Shown here: positions 40,555 to 53,428 of the stretch, one piece after another
Position numbering within the stretch: the first letter of the stretch is position 1
Layout: every line of letters begins with the position of its first letter
Assembly (NCBI GenBank): GCA_964016885.1
Contig: OZ024743.1
Span: 263,066,001-263,130,000 of the forward strand
Direction: 5' to 3'
DNA from: Eledone cirrhosa
Lineage: Eukaryota
Length of the DNA: 64,000 bases
Position numbers and translations under genes: made by a program
The notes under the pieces: generated by a model
What the model was told of the DNA's origin: nothing
The model's database searches: none
What the model saw: only the letters and a program-made list of their open reading frames with translations

Positions 40555-41951
40555 TTCACACACACTCCTACGCGCACACACACACACACATATATACATA
40601 CATATATATATGTGTGTGTTTGTGTTTGTGTCAGTGTATATATATATATATATATATATACGCATAAGCACACACATACACAGACCTATGTATATATATA
40701 TATACATAGGTCTGTGTATGTGTGTGCTTATATATATATATATATATATATATATACTATAAAGCTGACGGCCGTATGTAAGTAACAAACTTTCCGCCAA
40801 GCGGCTGGACCAAACGGCACCAAATTTGCACCATAGATGTAACTTTTTCCAAGTAAGAAAGTGAGAGTATTTTTGTCTATTGAATTCTGTAAAAAGATTA
40901 AAGACATTATTTAAATATTCACTTCTTTAAAATTTTCAAATGTCAACACTTCCGGTTATACGACATTCCTAACGTCTTCACGAACCAAAGTATCATCTTC
41001 CTGTTTTCTTTCGGTTGCAACGTTTTTCGAAATATTTACTTCTGCGTTCACATATTGATTTTTTCAGTTTCAGAAGATCTCGTTAAGGGTGAAAGCAGCG
41101 ATTCTTTGCTTAAACTTTAATCTGTTATTTTAATATATATATATAATTATATATTCGTGTACAGATATTTTTGCATACACAAAAACAAAATATAAACAAA
41201 CGTATTTATTTCACGAAAGCACAGACGGCTTATCGTCATTGTTACTGCCAATATGCCACCCAAAAAGTCCTAGCCTGACCGCAAGATCAGATTTTCTAGA
41301 AGAAAAAAATGTTACTAGAGCAACAGAGAGACTAATCTTCGCGATTACCATCAACAAAGATAAAGAAGAAAGAGGAGAGGAAGTAGAGAAGGAGAAAAGA
41401 AACCTACAATGAAAGAACATCTTAAAGTTTACCCAAGCCAAATGTTGTATTTATTAACATTTTTATCTGCAGGTTCTTAGCAAGCTTACTGTTTTTGATG
41501 GATATGGTGCATATATCGCAGCTATTCATGTGTTTTATAAAAGAGATGTTTGTTGGTTGGTTCCTTCGCGTATCATACGAAGAAAACGAAAAGTGACAAT
41601 CGGAAAGTTTGTACAGGATTGGGATAAAAGTATATCCAGGAAAGTTTATTGATACTAATTTTATAACACCAAAGAAGAAGAAAGACATACCACGTATGCT
41701 AACCAGCCTGACTGCCATATTTAGCAGGTTGGGAATCAACCATAAGGGATTCTCTCTGCGAGTTCGTTGTCAGTGATGATCGTGTTTCGCGGCCTATGTC
41801 TTCGATACCAACGGTGGTTTACACACACACACACACTCTCACGCAAACGCACACACACGAACACTCACACAGACACACAAATATATACACACACACACAT
41901 ATATATATATACACACACACACATACACGAACACTCACACACACACATATG

Positions 41952-42008
<57 letters not shown>

Positions 42009-42184
42009 TAAACAAGACAATGCATTCAATACAGACGTTTTCTCTTCTGCCGGTCTTCTCTTATCATTTGTTAACCTTGGCGAAGCTGGTATATATAGTA
42101 TATATATGTTACCCACTCTACTACCCTAAGCATTGAGTAGTCTGGTGCGTTATGGTCCATCTGGTTTCTTACCACATTTTTTTG

Positions 42185-42240
<56 letters not shown>

Positions 42241-42918
42241 TCAGTCGATCGTCTTTCATCAAATCGGACCGAGGAAACAATGTTTCCATGGGGCTTTCCA
42301 ATTGCTATTACTATCTATCGGTCGCAACTCCAGGTAGGAGCAACGTTAAATAAAGTGTCTTGCTCAAATATATATATACGTATTTTTAAATTTTTTTACC
42401 CCCTAAAAAATTTTTTTTCCTCCTCCCCCCTTTTAATATCTTTCCACCACTCCCCCTCACTCCCTGGGAACTCTTTTCCTGCGCACTTTTCTCCTGATTA
42501 AGGGATTATGCTCGAAACGTCGTCCCCACCCTCCACTCTCAAGCGTGAAACTAATATTAACATTTTGTACTGCCTCTTCGCTTCCTCGTTTTTTTGTTTT
42601 CTGTTTCAACTATAATATATCATCATCATCGTTTAACGTCCATCTTCCACGCTAGCATAGGTTATATATATATATATATATGTAAGTATGCATGTATACG
42701 TACATACATATATGTATACAGACGTACAGTAGCATGCACATATATATATATATACACATATATATACATATGCATACAGGTACACATACATATATGCACG
42801 TATCAGTTTAGCGGCGCTAACGTCGCTTTGTTCGTTTGTAAACAAACTGAACAGCCTGAATTTATGCCATACGGTGTTAAGGCAACCACGTCACCTTTTT
42901 GTTCAACACTGACACAGG

Positions 42919-42963
42919 AACGATGTACTAGTTTCAAGCTTGTTAGCTATCATCAGCACCGTT
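42919..42963 (-). ncRNA. Array hammerhead (second minus copy at 43383-43427)
   Basis: Reverse complement of the motif at 43732-43776. Confidence 0.87.
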
Positions 42964-43650
42964 TACCCATCTGCCAGATAGTTGAACGTTCGAAAGTATA
43001 TACTTTCCTTATGAAAATTAACGGCTGAGCAGCCTAATTTGCATATTGAGTGAGTTAAATCGGTCAGGCATACCGAAAACGATAAATTGAAACAAAATGA
43101 AAACGAAATTTCATTTCTCACTCTTAGTATGGCACTTACTTAAATGTAAGTATGCATGTATACGTACATACATATATGTATACAGACGTACAGTAGCATG
43201 CACATATATATATATATACACATATATATACATATGCATACAGGTACACATACATATATGCACGTATCAGTTTAGCGGCGCTAACGTCGCTTTGTTCGTT
43301 TGTAAACAAACTGAACAGCCTGAATTTATGCCATACGGTGTTAAGGCAACCACGTCACCTTTTTGTTCAACACTGACACAGGAACGATGTACTAGTTTCA
43401 AGCTTGTTAGCTATCATCAGCACCGTTTACCCATCTGCCAGATAGTTGAACGTTCGAAAGTATATACTTTCCTTATGAAAATTAACGGCTGAGCAGCCTA
43501 ATTTGCATATTGAGTGAGTTAAATCGGTCAGGCATACATGCATACTTACATTTAAGTAAGTGCCATACTAAGAGTGAGAAATGAAATTTCGTTTTCATTT
43601 TGTTTCAATTTATCGTTTTCGGTATGCCTGACCGATTTAACTCACTCAAT

Positions 43651-43703
43651 ATGCAAATTAGGCTGCTCAGCCGTTAATTTTCATAAGGAAAGTATATACT
43701 TTC
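43651..43703 (+). promoter_or_regulatory. Octamer (ATGCAAAT) plus TATA-like palindrome upstream of the HHR in each unit
   Basis: atgcaaat at 43651-43658 and aaagtatatacttt about 30 bp downstream; octamer kept in all subfamilies. Confidence 0.35.
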
Positions 43704-43731
43704 GAACGTTCAACTATCTGGCAGATGGGTA

Positions 43732-43776
43732 AACGGTGCTGATGATAGCTAACAAGCTTGAAACTAGTACATCGTT
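43732..43776 (+). ncRNA. Array hammerhead (further plus copies start at 44196, 44660, 45124, 45588, 46052, 46516)
   Basis: aacggug-CUGAUGA-u-AGCU-aaca-AGCU-u-GAAA-cuag-UA-caucguu; 7-bp stem I; predicted cut after 43769. Confidence 0.87.
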
Positions 43777-46700
43777 CCTGTGTCAGTGTTGAACAAAAAG
43801 GTGACGTGGTTGCCTTAACACCGTATGGCATAAATTCAGGCTGTTCAGTTTGTTTACAAACGAACAAAGCGACGTTAGCGCCGCTAAACTGATACGTGCA
43901 TATATGTATGTGTACCTGTATGCATATGTATATATATGTGTATATATATATATATGTGCATGCTACTGTACGCCTGTATACATATATGTATGTACGTATA
44001 CATGCATACTTACATTTAAGTAAGTGCCATACTAAGAGTGAGAAATGAAATTTCGTTTTCATTTTGTTTCAATTTATCGTTTTCGGTATGCCTGACCGAT
44101 TTAACTCACTCAATATGCAAATTAGGCTGCTCAGCCGTTAATTTTCATAAGGAAAGTATATACTTTCGAACGTTCAACTATCTGGCAGATGGGTAAACGG
44201 TGCTGATGATAGCTAACAAGCTTGAAACTAGTACATCGTTCCTGTGTCAGTGTTGAACAAAAAGGTGACGTGGTTGCCTTAACACCGTATGGCATAAATT
44301 CAGGCTGTTCAGTTTGTTTACAAACGAACAAAGCGACGTTAGCGCCGCTAAACTGATACGTGCATATATGTATGTGTACCTGTATGCATATGTATATATA
44401 TGTGTATATATATATATATGTGCATGCTACTGTACGTCTGTATACATATATGTATGTACGTATACATGCATACTTACATTTAAGTAAGTGCCATACTAAG
44501 AGTGAGAAATGAAATTTCGTTTTCATTTTGTTTCAATTTATCGTTTTCGGTATGCCTGACCGATTTAACTCACTCAATATGCAAATTAGGCTGCTCAGCC
44601 GTTAATTTTCATAAGGAAAGTATATACTTTCGAACGTTCAACTATCTGGCAGATGGGTAAACGGTGCTGATGATAGCTAACAAGCTTGAAACTAGTACAT
44701 CGTTCCTGTGTCAGTGTTGAACAAAAAGGTGACGTGGTTGCCTTAACACCGTATGGCATAAATTCAGGCTGTTCAGTTTGTTTACAAACGAACAAAGCGA
44801 CGTTAGCGCCGCTAAACTGATACGTGCATATATGTATGTGTACCTGTATGCATATGTATATATATGTGTATATATATATATATGTGCATGCTACTGTACG
44901 TCTGTATACATATATGTATGTACGTATACATGCATACTTACATTTAAGTAAGTGCCATACTAAGAGTGAGAAATGAAATTTCGTTTTCATTTTGTTTCAA
45001 TTTATCGTTTTCGGTATGCCTGACCGATTTAACTCACTCAATATGCAAATTAGGCTGCTCAGCCGTTAATTTTCATAAGGAAAGTATATACTTTCGAACG
45101 TTCAACTATCTGGCAGATGGGTAAACGGTGCTGATGATAGCTAACAAGCTTGAAACTAGTACATCGTTCCTGTGTCAGTGTTGAACAAAAAGGTGACGTG
45201 GTTGCCTTAACACCGTATGGCATAAATTCAGGCTGTTCAGTTTGTTTACAAACGAACAAAGCGACGTTAGCGCCGCTAAACTGATACGTGCATATATGTA
45301 TGTGTACCTGTATGCATATGTATATATATGTGTATATATATATATATGTGCATGCTACTGTACGTCTGTATACATATATGTATGTACGTATACATGCATA
45401 CTTACATTTAAGTAAGTGCCATACTAAGAGTGAGAAATGAAATTTCGTTTTCATTTTGTTTCAATTTATCGTTTTCGGTATGCCTGACCGATTTAACTCA
45501 CTCAATATGCAAATTAGGCTGCTCAGCCGTTAATTTTCATAAGGAAAGTATATACTTTCGAACGTTCAACTATCTGGCAGATGGGTAAACGGTGCTGATG
45601 ATAGCTAACAAGCTTGAAACTAGTACATCGTTCCTGTGTCAGTGTTGAACAAAAAGGTGACGTGGTTGCCTTAACACCGTATGGCATAAATTCAGGCTGT
45701 TCAGTTTGTTTACAAACGAACAAAGCGACGTTAGCGCCGCTAAACTGATACGTGCATATATGTATGTGTACCTGTATGCATATGTATATATATGTGTATA
45801 TATATATATATGTGCATGCTACTGTACGTCTGTATACATATATGTATGTACGTATACATGCATACTTACATTTAAGTAAGTGCCATACTAAGAGTGAGAA
45901 ATGAAATTTCGTTTTCATTTTGTTTCAATTTATCGTTTTCGGTATGCCTGACCGATTTAACTCACTCAATATGCAAATTAGGCTGCTCAGCCGTTAATTT
46001 TCATAAGGAAAGTATATACTTTCGAACGTTCAACTATCTGGCAGATGGGTAAACGGTGCTGATGATAGCTAACAAGCTTGAAACTAGTACATCGTTCCTG
46101 TGTCAGTGTTGAACAAAAAGGTGACGTGGTTGCCTTAACACCGTATGGCATAAATTCAGGCTGTTCAGTTTGTTTACAAACGAACAAAGCGACGTTAGCG
46201 CCGCTAAACTGATACGTGCATATATGTATGTGTACCTGTATGCATATGTATATATATGTGTATATATATATATATGTGCATGCTACTGTACGTCTGTATA
46301 CATATATGTATGTACGTATACATGCATACTTACATTTAAGTAAGTGCCATACTAAGAGTGAGAAATGAAATTTCGTTTTCATTTTGTTTCAATTTATCGT
46401 TTTCGGTATGCCTGACCGATTTAACTCACTCAATATGCAAATTAGGCTGCTCAGCCGTTAATTTTCATAAGGAAAGTATATACTTTCGAACGTTCAACTA
46501 TCTGGCAGATGGGTAAACGGTGCTGATGATAGCTAACAAGCTTGAAACTAGTACATCGTTCCTGTGTCAGTGTTGAACAAAAAGGTGACGTGGTTGCCTT
46601 AACACCGTATGGCATAAATTCAGGCTGTTCAGTTTGTTTACAAACGAACAAAGCGACGTTAGCGCCGCTAAACTGATACGTGCATATATGTATGTGTACC

Positions 46701-46855
46701 TGTATGCATATGTATATATATGTGTATATATATATATATGTGCATGCTACTGTACGTCTGTATACATATATGTATGTACGTATACATGCATACTTACATT
46801 TAAGTAAGTGCCATACTAAGAGTGAGAAATGAAATTTCGTTTTCATTTTGTTTCA

Positions 46856-46899
<44 letters not shown>

Positions 46900-46979
46900 C
46901 GAAGGAGTTGTGGTAAGGAACCAGATGGACCATAACGTACCAGAGTACTCAATACTTAGGGTAGTAGAGTGGGTAATAG

Positions 46980-47088
46980 GAAAATGTATGACCTCGACGG
47001 CAGAGCTCAAGCCGTTTCGACGGCTATTTCTGGACCAGAAATAGCCGTCGAAACGGCTTGGGCTCTGCCGTCGGGGTCATACATTTTC
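46980..47088. repeat. Near-perfect 54-bp-arm palindrome made from the 3' half of a hammerhead
   Basis: GAAA-CGGC-uugggcucu-GCCG-UC-gggguc on the arms; attached to the ctattacccactctactaccc dispersed repeat. Confidence 0.8.
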
Positions 47089-47176
<88 letters not shown>

Positions 47177-47214
47177 TACATATATATATATATAAGTATA
47201 TATATATACATATA

Positions 47215-47273
<59 letters not shown>

Positions 47274-47280
<7 letters not shown>

Positions 47281-48272
47281 TATGTATACGTACATACATA
47301 TATGTATACAGACGTACAGTAGTATGTATATATATACATACATGCACACACATATATGTACGTATGGATTTACCGAACATTTATTATAATGCTCGGTTTG
47401 TTTGTAAACAAACATCCCGAATTAAGCCGTACAGTGTTTAGCGACCATAGTTGCCCTTTTGTTCAACACTGACAAAGGAACGATGTACTAGTTTCAAGCT
47501 TATTAGCTATCGTCAGCATCGTATACCTTCCTGCCAGATGATTGAACATCTGAAAGTATATACTTTCCTTATGCATATTAACGGCTGAGCAGCCTAATTT
47601 GCATATCGAGTGAGTTAATCGGCCGGGCGCACCGAAAACGATAAATGGAAAAAATGAAACGAAATTTCATTTCTCACTCTTAGTACGGCTGTTACTTAAA
47701 TATAAGTATGTATACGTACATACATATATGTATACAGACGTACAGTAGTATGTATATATATATACATACATGCACACATATATATATATATGTACGTATG
47801 GATTTACCGAACATTTATTATAATGCTCGGTTCGTTTGTAAACAAACATCCCGAATTAAGCCGTACAGTGTTTAGCAACTATCGTTGCCCTTTTGTTCAA
47901 CACTGACAAAGGAACGATGTACTAGTTTCAAGCTTATTAGCTATCGTCAGCATCGTATACCTTCCTGCCAGATGATTGAACCGAGCATTATAATAAATGT
48001 TCGGTAAATCCATACGTACATATATATATGTGTGCATGTATGTATATACATACATACTACTGTACGTCTGTATACATATATGTATGTACATATACATACT
48101 TATATTTAAGTAACAGCCGTACTAAGAGTGAGAAATGAAATTTCGTTTCATTTTTTCCATTTATTGTTTTCGGTACGCCCGGCGGATTAACTCACTCGAT
48201 ATGCAAATTAGGCTGCTCAGCCGTTAATATGCATAAGGAAAGTATATACTTTCAGACGTTCAATCATCTGGC
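47274..48272. repeat. 434-bp subfamily of the HHR repeat: about 1.6 units (-) plus an inverted piece (+); HHRs at 47480-47522 and 47914-47956
   Basis: Minus strand: acgaug-CUGACGA-u-AGCU-aaua-AGCU-u-GAAA-cuag-UA-caucgu; inversion near 47980. Confidence 0.9.
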
Positions 48273-48638
48273 ATTGAGTGCTAAGAGTGGGAAATGAAAT
48301 TTCGTCTCATTTCTTCCATATATATATATATATTGAAATTATATGAATGAGAATAGTGTTAAATACAATTATTATATTATCTTGTAACAATAAAAAATAT
48401 TATAGAGTAAAATATATATTGGTTTACAGCTATAAAAGTTTATCACTCAATCAATTCTTGCAACAGATTATAATCATGACGCATCTGTTAGTTTACACAT
48501 TGATTGAAATTTCTACACACACACACACACACACACGCACGCGCGCCACACAAACACATGCACACGCACACGCACACACACACACATATATATATATATG
48601 TATGCATGTATATAAATACATATACATGCATACATACA

Positions 48639-48688
<50 letters not shown>

Positions 48689-49075
48689 ATGTATTTATAT
48701 ACTTACATACATATATATGTATGTGTGTGTGTAATGTACTTAAAATGCATAAAATAAAATATATCTTCTTTGCATATAATTATTCTAGATTGTGACATTT
48801 ACATTTAGAATACGGAGGCCATAAATTCTATTGGTGTCAACATATTTTATCTAAGGAAGAGTTAATTTGCTATTGGAAGTTAATGAACATTATGTTACGC
48901 TTATATTTCACTACGATCGTGGGAACCCAAAGATTGGGGTCTGTTATGTAATGTCTGTATACTTTTGTGTGTGTGTGTGTATGTGTGAGCGCGTGCGCAT
49001 GTAGGTCCTTGTCTGCATGTGTGTGTATATATGTATTTATGTGTGCGTATGTATACATGTATGTATACATAATGT

Positions 49076-49265
49076 AGGGCGATGAATTGGCAGTGTCGGT
49101 AGAGGGTCGGACGCCATGCTTTTTCAGCATAGTTACGTCCCTTTACGATCGGAGTTCAAATCCTCTCGAGGTTTACTTTGCCTTTCATCCTTACGGGGTC
49201 GATAAAATAAAGTACCAGTAATGCACCGGGTAATTGCTGGCCTTGTGCCTAAAGTAGAGACAATT
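49076..49265 (+). mobile_element. Meta-domain SINE
   Basis: Full-length head, B box and tail. Confidence 0.87.
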
Positions 49266-49399
49266 ATGTATGTATGCGTACGTATCCGTTTGTGCGTCTA
49301 TAATGTCATATTGCCATATTTTGTTAATTCCTTGTTGTCTAACACAGTTGACTTTTGATCAAATGGGTTCCAGCAACGATGGCCACCCAGTCTTTCTCT

Positions 49400-49890
49400 C
49401 GGCCATTGTATATTTAGTACTATATTATCTAATGTGTCTCTTGTCTTATGCCCCAAGATGTTAGTGTGTTTTGTCATTGTATATCTAGGACTACATTATC
49501 TAATGTGTCTCTTGTCTTATGCCCCAAGACGTGAGTGTGTTTTGTCATTGTATATCTAGGACTACATTATCTAATGTGTCTCTTGTCTTGTAATTCAGTT
49601 AGTTATTGTACTTGGTCGTTGTATATCTAGGACTAAATTATCTAATGTGCCTCTTACTTTTTATATTAAGACGTTAGTGTATTTAGTCGTTGTATATCTA
49701 GGATTACATTATCTAATGTGCCTCTTGCTTTGTATATCAAGACGTTAGTGTATTGGTCATTGTATATCTAGGACTACATTATTTAATGTGTCTCTTGCTT
49801 TGTATATTAAGACGTTAGTTTTTTTGGTCGTTGTATATCTAGGACTACATTATTTAATGTGTCTCTTGCTTCGAGTCTCAAAACGTTAGG
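49400..49890. repeat. 71-bp minisatellite, about 7 copies
   Basis: tgtatat at 49407, 49478, 49549, 49620, 49691, 49761, 49832. Confidence 0.9.
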
Positions 49891-50559
49891 TTGTAACATA
49901 AGTGAAATTTAGTTGCCAGCTATTTCATGCAGATCTTGCGATTGTTCAGAGGCTCCTTCGTTGGTTCATCTTTATATTTGGTTAGCACCTCTTGATGGGT
50001 CCTTGAACAATATATTAAGGACAGGTACTGTAGTAGCGTCATTAGCCTATTTGCTTAATAAAAAGAAAACTAGACTTCAGCAGGTTTTGAACTCAGATAC
50101 GGCAAGGTGTTTTGTCTTATGCTCTGTCGATTCTGCCAATTTAAGGTCTAAAGTGTACCCGATACTGGCTTTAATACATACATTATGAAATTATTCAAAT
50201 AATACACTCAAATGTACATACACATAGAAACGTCAGTCATATCTGCCTCAAATCACACCCTACTGTCTTAAAAAATGAAAGACACATCGAATTATCTGGA
50301 TGCGTTGGTCACAGCTGTTGCTTCTTTGTAGGTTATGATCGACCAAGGCTTACCGAGAATTAAACAAGGACATATTTACAAATAATAGTGCACAGCTGGC
50401 CTAATTGATTGCTTACACGCACATATATTCACAAACACAATATACAGTTCTCTCCACTGCAAAAGTGAATCATTCTGCTTGTTGAAAGACGAAGGAAATG
50501 ATTATATGTGAATGATAGAAATAAAATACACGTAAGTTTTAGGAAAATGTCAAACCACA

Positions 50560-51636
50560 TTCAACACCAAGAATGAAAATATGTAAATATTCGCCACTTT
50601 ATAAGGATCCCTTAAGTCATGACTGACCATGAGTTCCTTTCCAATTAGCAAGCACGGTCAATGTGATTTGTGGAAGAACATCAATCGTCCGTGCAACCCC
50701 CCCCCCTCTCCACGCCACCGGTATAGTTTATGAGGTCAATACCTCAAAGAAATCAGCAAGCTACAAATGGATAAGTCGTTTTCGAAATGAAAAGATGAGC
50801 TTGAAGTTGATCCCCGTAGTGGCAGGCCATCCACGCCAGTCTGTTTGGAAAACATAGATGCAGTTCGCGACCTAAGTGAAAAGAATAGGCGAATAACCCC
50901 TGAATCAGTAGCCGACCTACTCAACATCTCCGTGGGCTTTGCACATGCAATTCTGGTGGAGAGTTTGGGGCTGAGCAAGCTTTCCACCCAATGAGTTCCA
51001 AAGCTGTTACGCCAAGATCATCAGAAACAAGGGCAGATTTTTCAATCGACTGCCCAGGGGTGGAAGTAGGCGAGTCAAGACAAAATCTGAGCGGTCAAGA
51101 GTGAAGGTTATGGCCACTGTCTTTTGTAATGCAGAGGGGATTTTGCTGGTTGACCTCGAGAACAAGAGAACAATTATAGCTGCATATTATGAAGGCGTTT
51201 TAAGAAAATATGCCAAGAAAATTGCGGAAAAACGCCCGGGGAAGCTGCATCGGTGCGTCTTCTTCCACCATGACAATGCACCCGCTCACGGTGTTCGGCA
51301 GATACGAGCTGTGTTATGCGAATTGCGATGGGAAATCACCCAACACCCACCTTATAGTCTTAATTTAGCCCCATCCGATTTCTTTTTGTTTCCAAACCTG
51401 AAAAGGTCATTGAAAGATACCCATTTTCCACAAGTTGAAGAGGTAAAAAAAAAGATGCTTTGCCATGGTTTAAATTCCATGGCCATCAGTTTTACACAGA
51501 TGGACTTAAAGGTTGGTATCAATGCTTGCAGAAGTGTATTGACCTAGATGGAGCATATGTTGAAACAAAAACATCATAACTTAAACCGTTTTTTCCAACT
51601 GTCCTTTTTCCACGAACTTTTTGAAGCCCCCTCGTA
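50560..51636 (+). mobile_element. mariner (DD34D) transposon remnant, internally deleted
   Basis: *VPKLL, KVMATVF, HHDNAPAH, HPPYSLNLAPSDFFLF; right TIR ..ttttgaagccccctcg followed by TA; left end unclear. Confidence 0.9.
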
Positions 51637-52707
51637 CATCCATGTTAGGCATTCGCCATGCCAATGGATCGACTTCTAATGTTCCCCGTCCTGTCTAAGG
51701 TACGAATTGAATTTCGGATACATTCTGCTTCAATTTAATACTTTTTGTCTTATTCCTCTAAAGATGAAGAAGTGTAAAAACATACCTATATATCATTGTG
51801 TCTTGATTATACGATATTGATTATACGAATTTTCACCTACCATTATTCGAATAATTGGATATACAACTCTCTTGAAACATGTGTAAGGAATTAAAAATTA
51901 TTTTAAAGCTAACTTTTACATCTATATACTTGATTACACACATATATGAAGTAATTAATTATGAAAATCAGACATAACACTATGGGAATTTTTCCCACAC
52001 ACAAAGAGAGATAATAAAAATGCATGTTAAACCTTATTAACATTGTCTAATGAAATCAAAACAAACACGTGTTATACCGTAAGGTGGTTTCAAATTAGAT
52101 AAAATATATTCAAGGGAGTGCTTATATGACGTTAAAAGTTCCCATCTAAAATTTAAGTCATAGTATCATATATGGTTATACGATATATATCTTTTTCGCT
52201 GTGGAAATTAGTTATTTGACTTAAAACAATATCTAGATCAGGGGTTTCAAACAAGTGGATCACAAATAATTTTCTATGACTTGCGGCATAGCATCATAAA
52301 AAAAACAAGCAATTTTCTCGCATGCATAATTATATCAATATCAGTTTTGCTATCGGTCGCTCTTCGACAGGTTTGCGGTCGAACCCGTGTCAGTAGGGCC
52401 TCCTCTCTACTTCCCACCATCAGCACAGAGTTGGCTACCCGCAGGTGTGAGCCTTGCAAGCTGGAATGGCTCTTCCAGCCCGTCTCCTTCGCCCTCCTCC
52501 GGGGAAACAGCTTCTCTATTCTGTCCGCCGGCGCCGCGGGGCGGCCAGCGTGTGGGCCCCTATTTGCTCAACCCATTTATATTTCTTAATGTTTATATTT
52601 TTAACAGTAGAGAAAATATGAAATAGATGGAAATAGAATCAAAATAAATTTGTTGTATCCCTTAAAAATACACCCTCAGTAAAGCACATGTATATGCGTT
52701 ATATATA

Positions 52708-52845
52708 TGGCGGCAAATTGGCAGAGTCGTTAAAACGTTGGATAGAATGTTTTGCAATAGATGTTCATTCGTTCTGGTTCTTTGTGCTTTGAGTTCAAGT
52801 CTCGCTGAGGTCAACTTTCCCTTCCATACTCTCAAGGTCGATTCT
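52708..52845 (+). mobile_element. Diverged Meta-domain SINE fragment
   Basis: ggcggcaaattggcagagtcgtta..gagttcaagtctcgctgaggtcaacttt. Confidence 0.65.
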
Positions 52846-53373
52846 ACCTCTATATCTCTTTTTCGCTTTCTCACTCTCTTTCTAACCCCTCTCTACTTCT
52901 CTCCTCTGGAAGAAATCTGCTGTGTTCAGACTTGGAGAGGAGATAGGCTCCTCCAGTTTTAAAAGATGCCCAAGAAATTCCTTACGTTACTAGAGCGCCC
53001 CTACGACTTCGCCAGGAGTTACGTGTCCATACATACATATACGCTACATATATATACGAAAAAAAGAAAGGAACCTCTTACACGACCTGCAACAATTAAC
53101 AGACAAAATTACCTCAAATCATAGCCTTCGTTTTTAACAAATGACATATTGGACAATATAGTCTCACGATTAATACTCTGATTCAAAATAAGACGCAATG
53201 TTCACGGCTGGAATACAATATAGGTCTGCTCACTCAGGTTTAAACTGGGACTAAACAACAACAGGAATAATAATACGAACAACATACCGGCCTTTGATCA
53301 CGGGTTTGCTCGCTCAGAGATGACATGAGATTAAAACAACAATAAAAGTCACCATCACTCACGAATCCTAAAT

Positions 53374-53428
<55 letters not shown>

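Larger units (their letters stand above)
42680..46860. repeat. 464-bp tandem array with one hammerhead per unit (candidate non-LTR retrozyme): about 1.8 units on -, inversion at 43534-43537, about 7.2 units on +
   Basis: Exact 464-bp period; only one substitution noticed (near 43973); (TA)n on both flanks. Confidence 0.95.

Noticed and set aside
41200-41800. Host exon or Helitron Rep start (MPPKK..)
   Set aside because: Frame closes at once, with no recognisable domain or supportable splice structure
43097-46846. Repeated 131-aa ORF in each 464-bp unit
   Set aside because: Antisense to the ribozyme strand, runs through TA/CA low-complexity sequence, and is not preserved in the 434-bp subfamily
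42680-46860. CRISPR-like array
   Set aside because: Whole units are identical, with no unique spacers and no cas genes; eukaryotic context
50525-50560. Left TIR of the mariner
   Set aside because: Only a weak partial match to the right TIR
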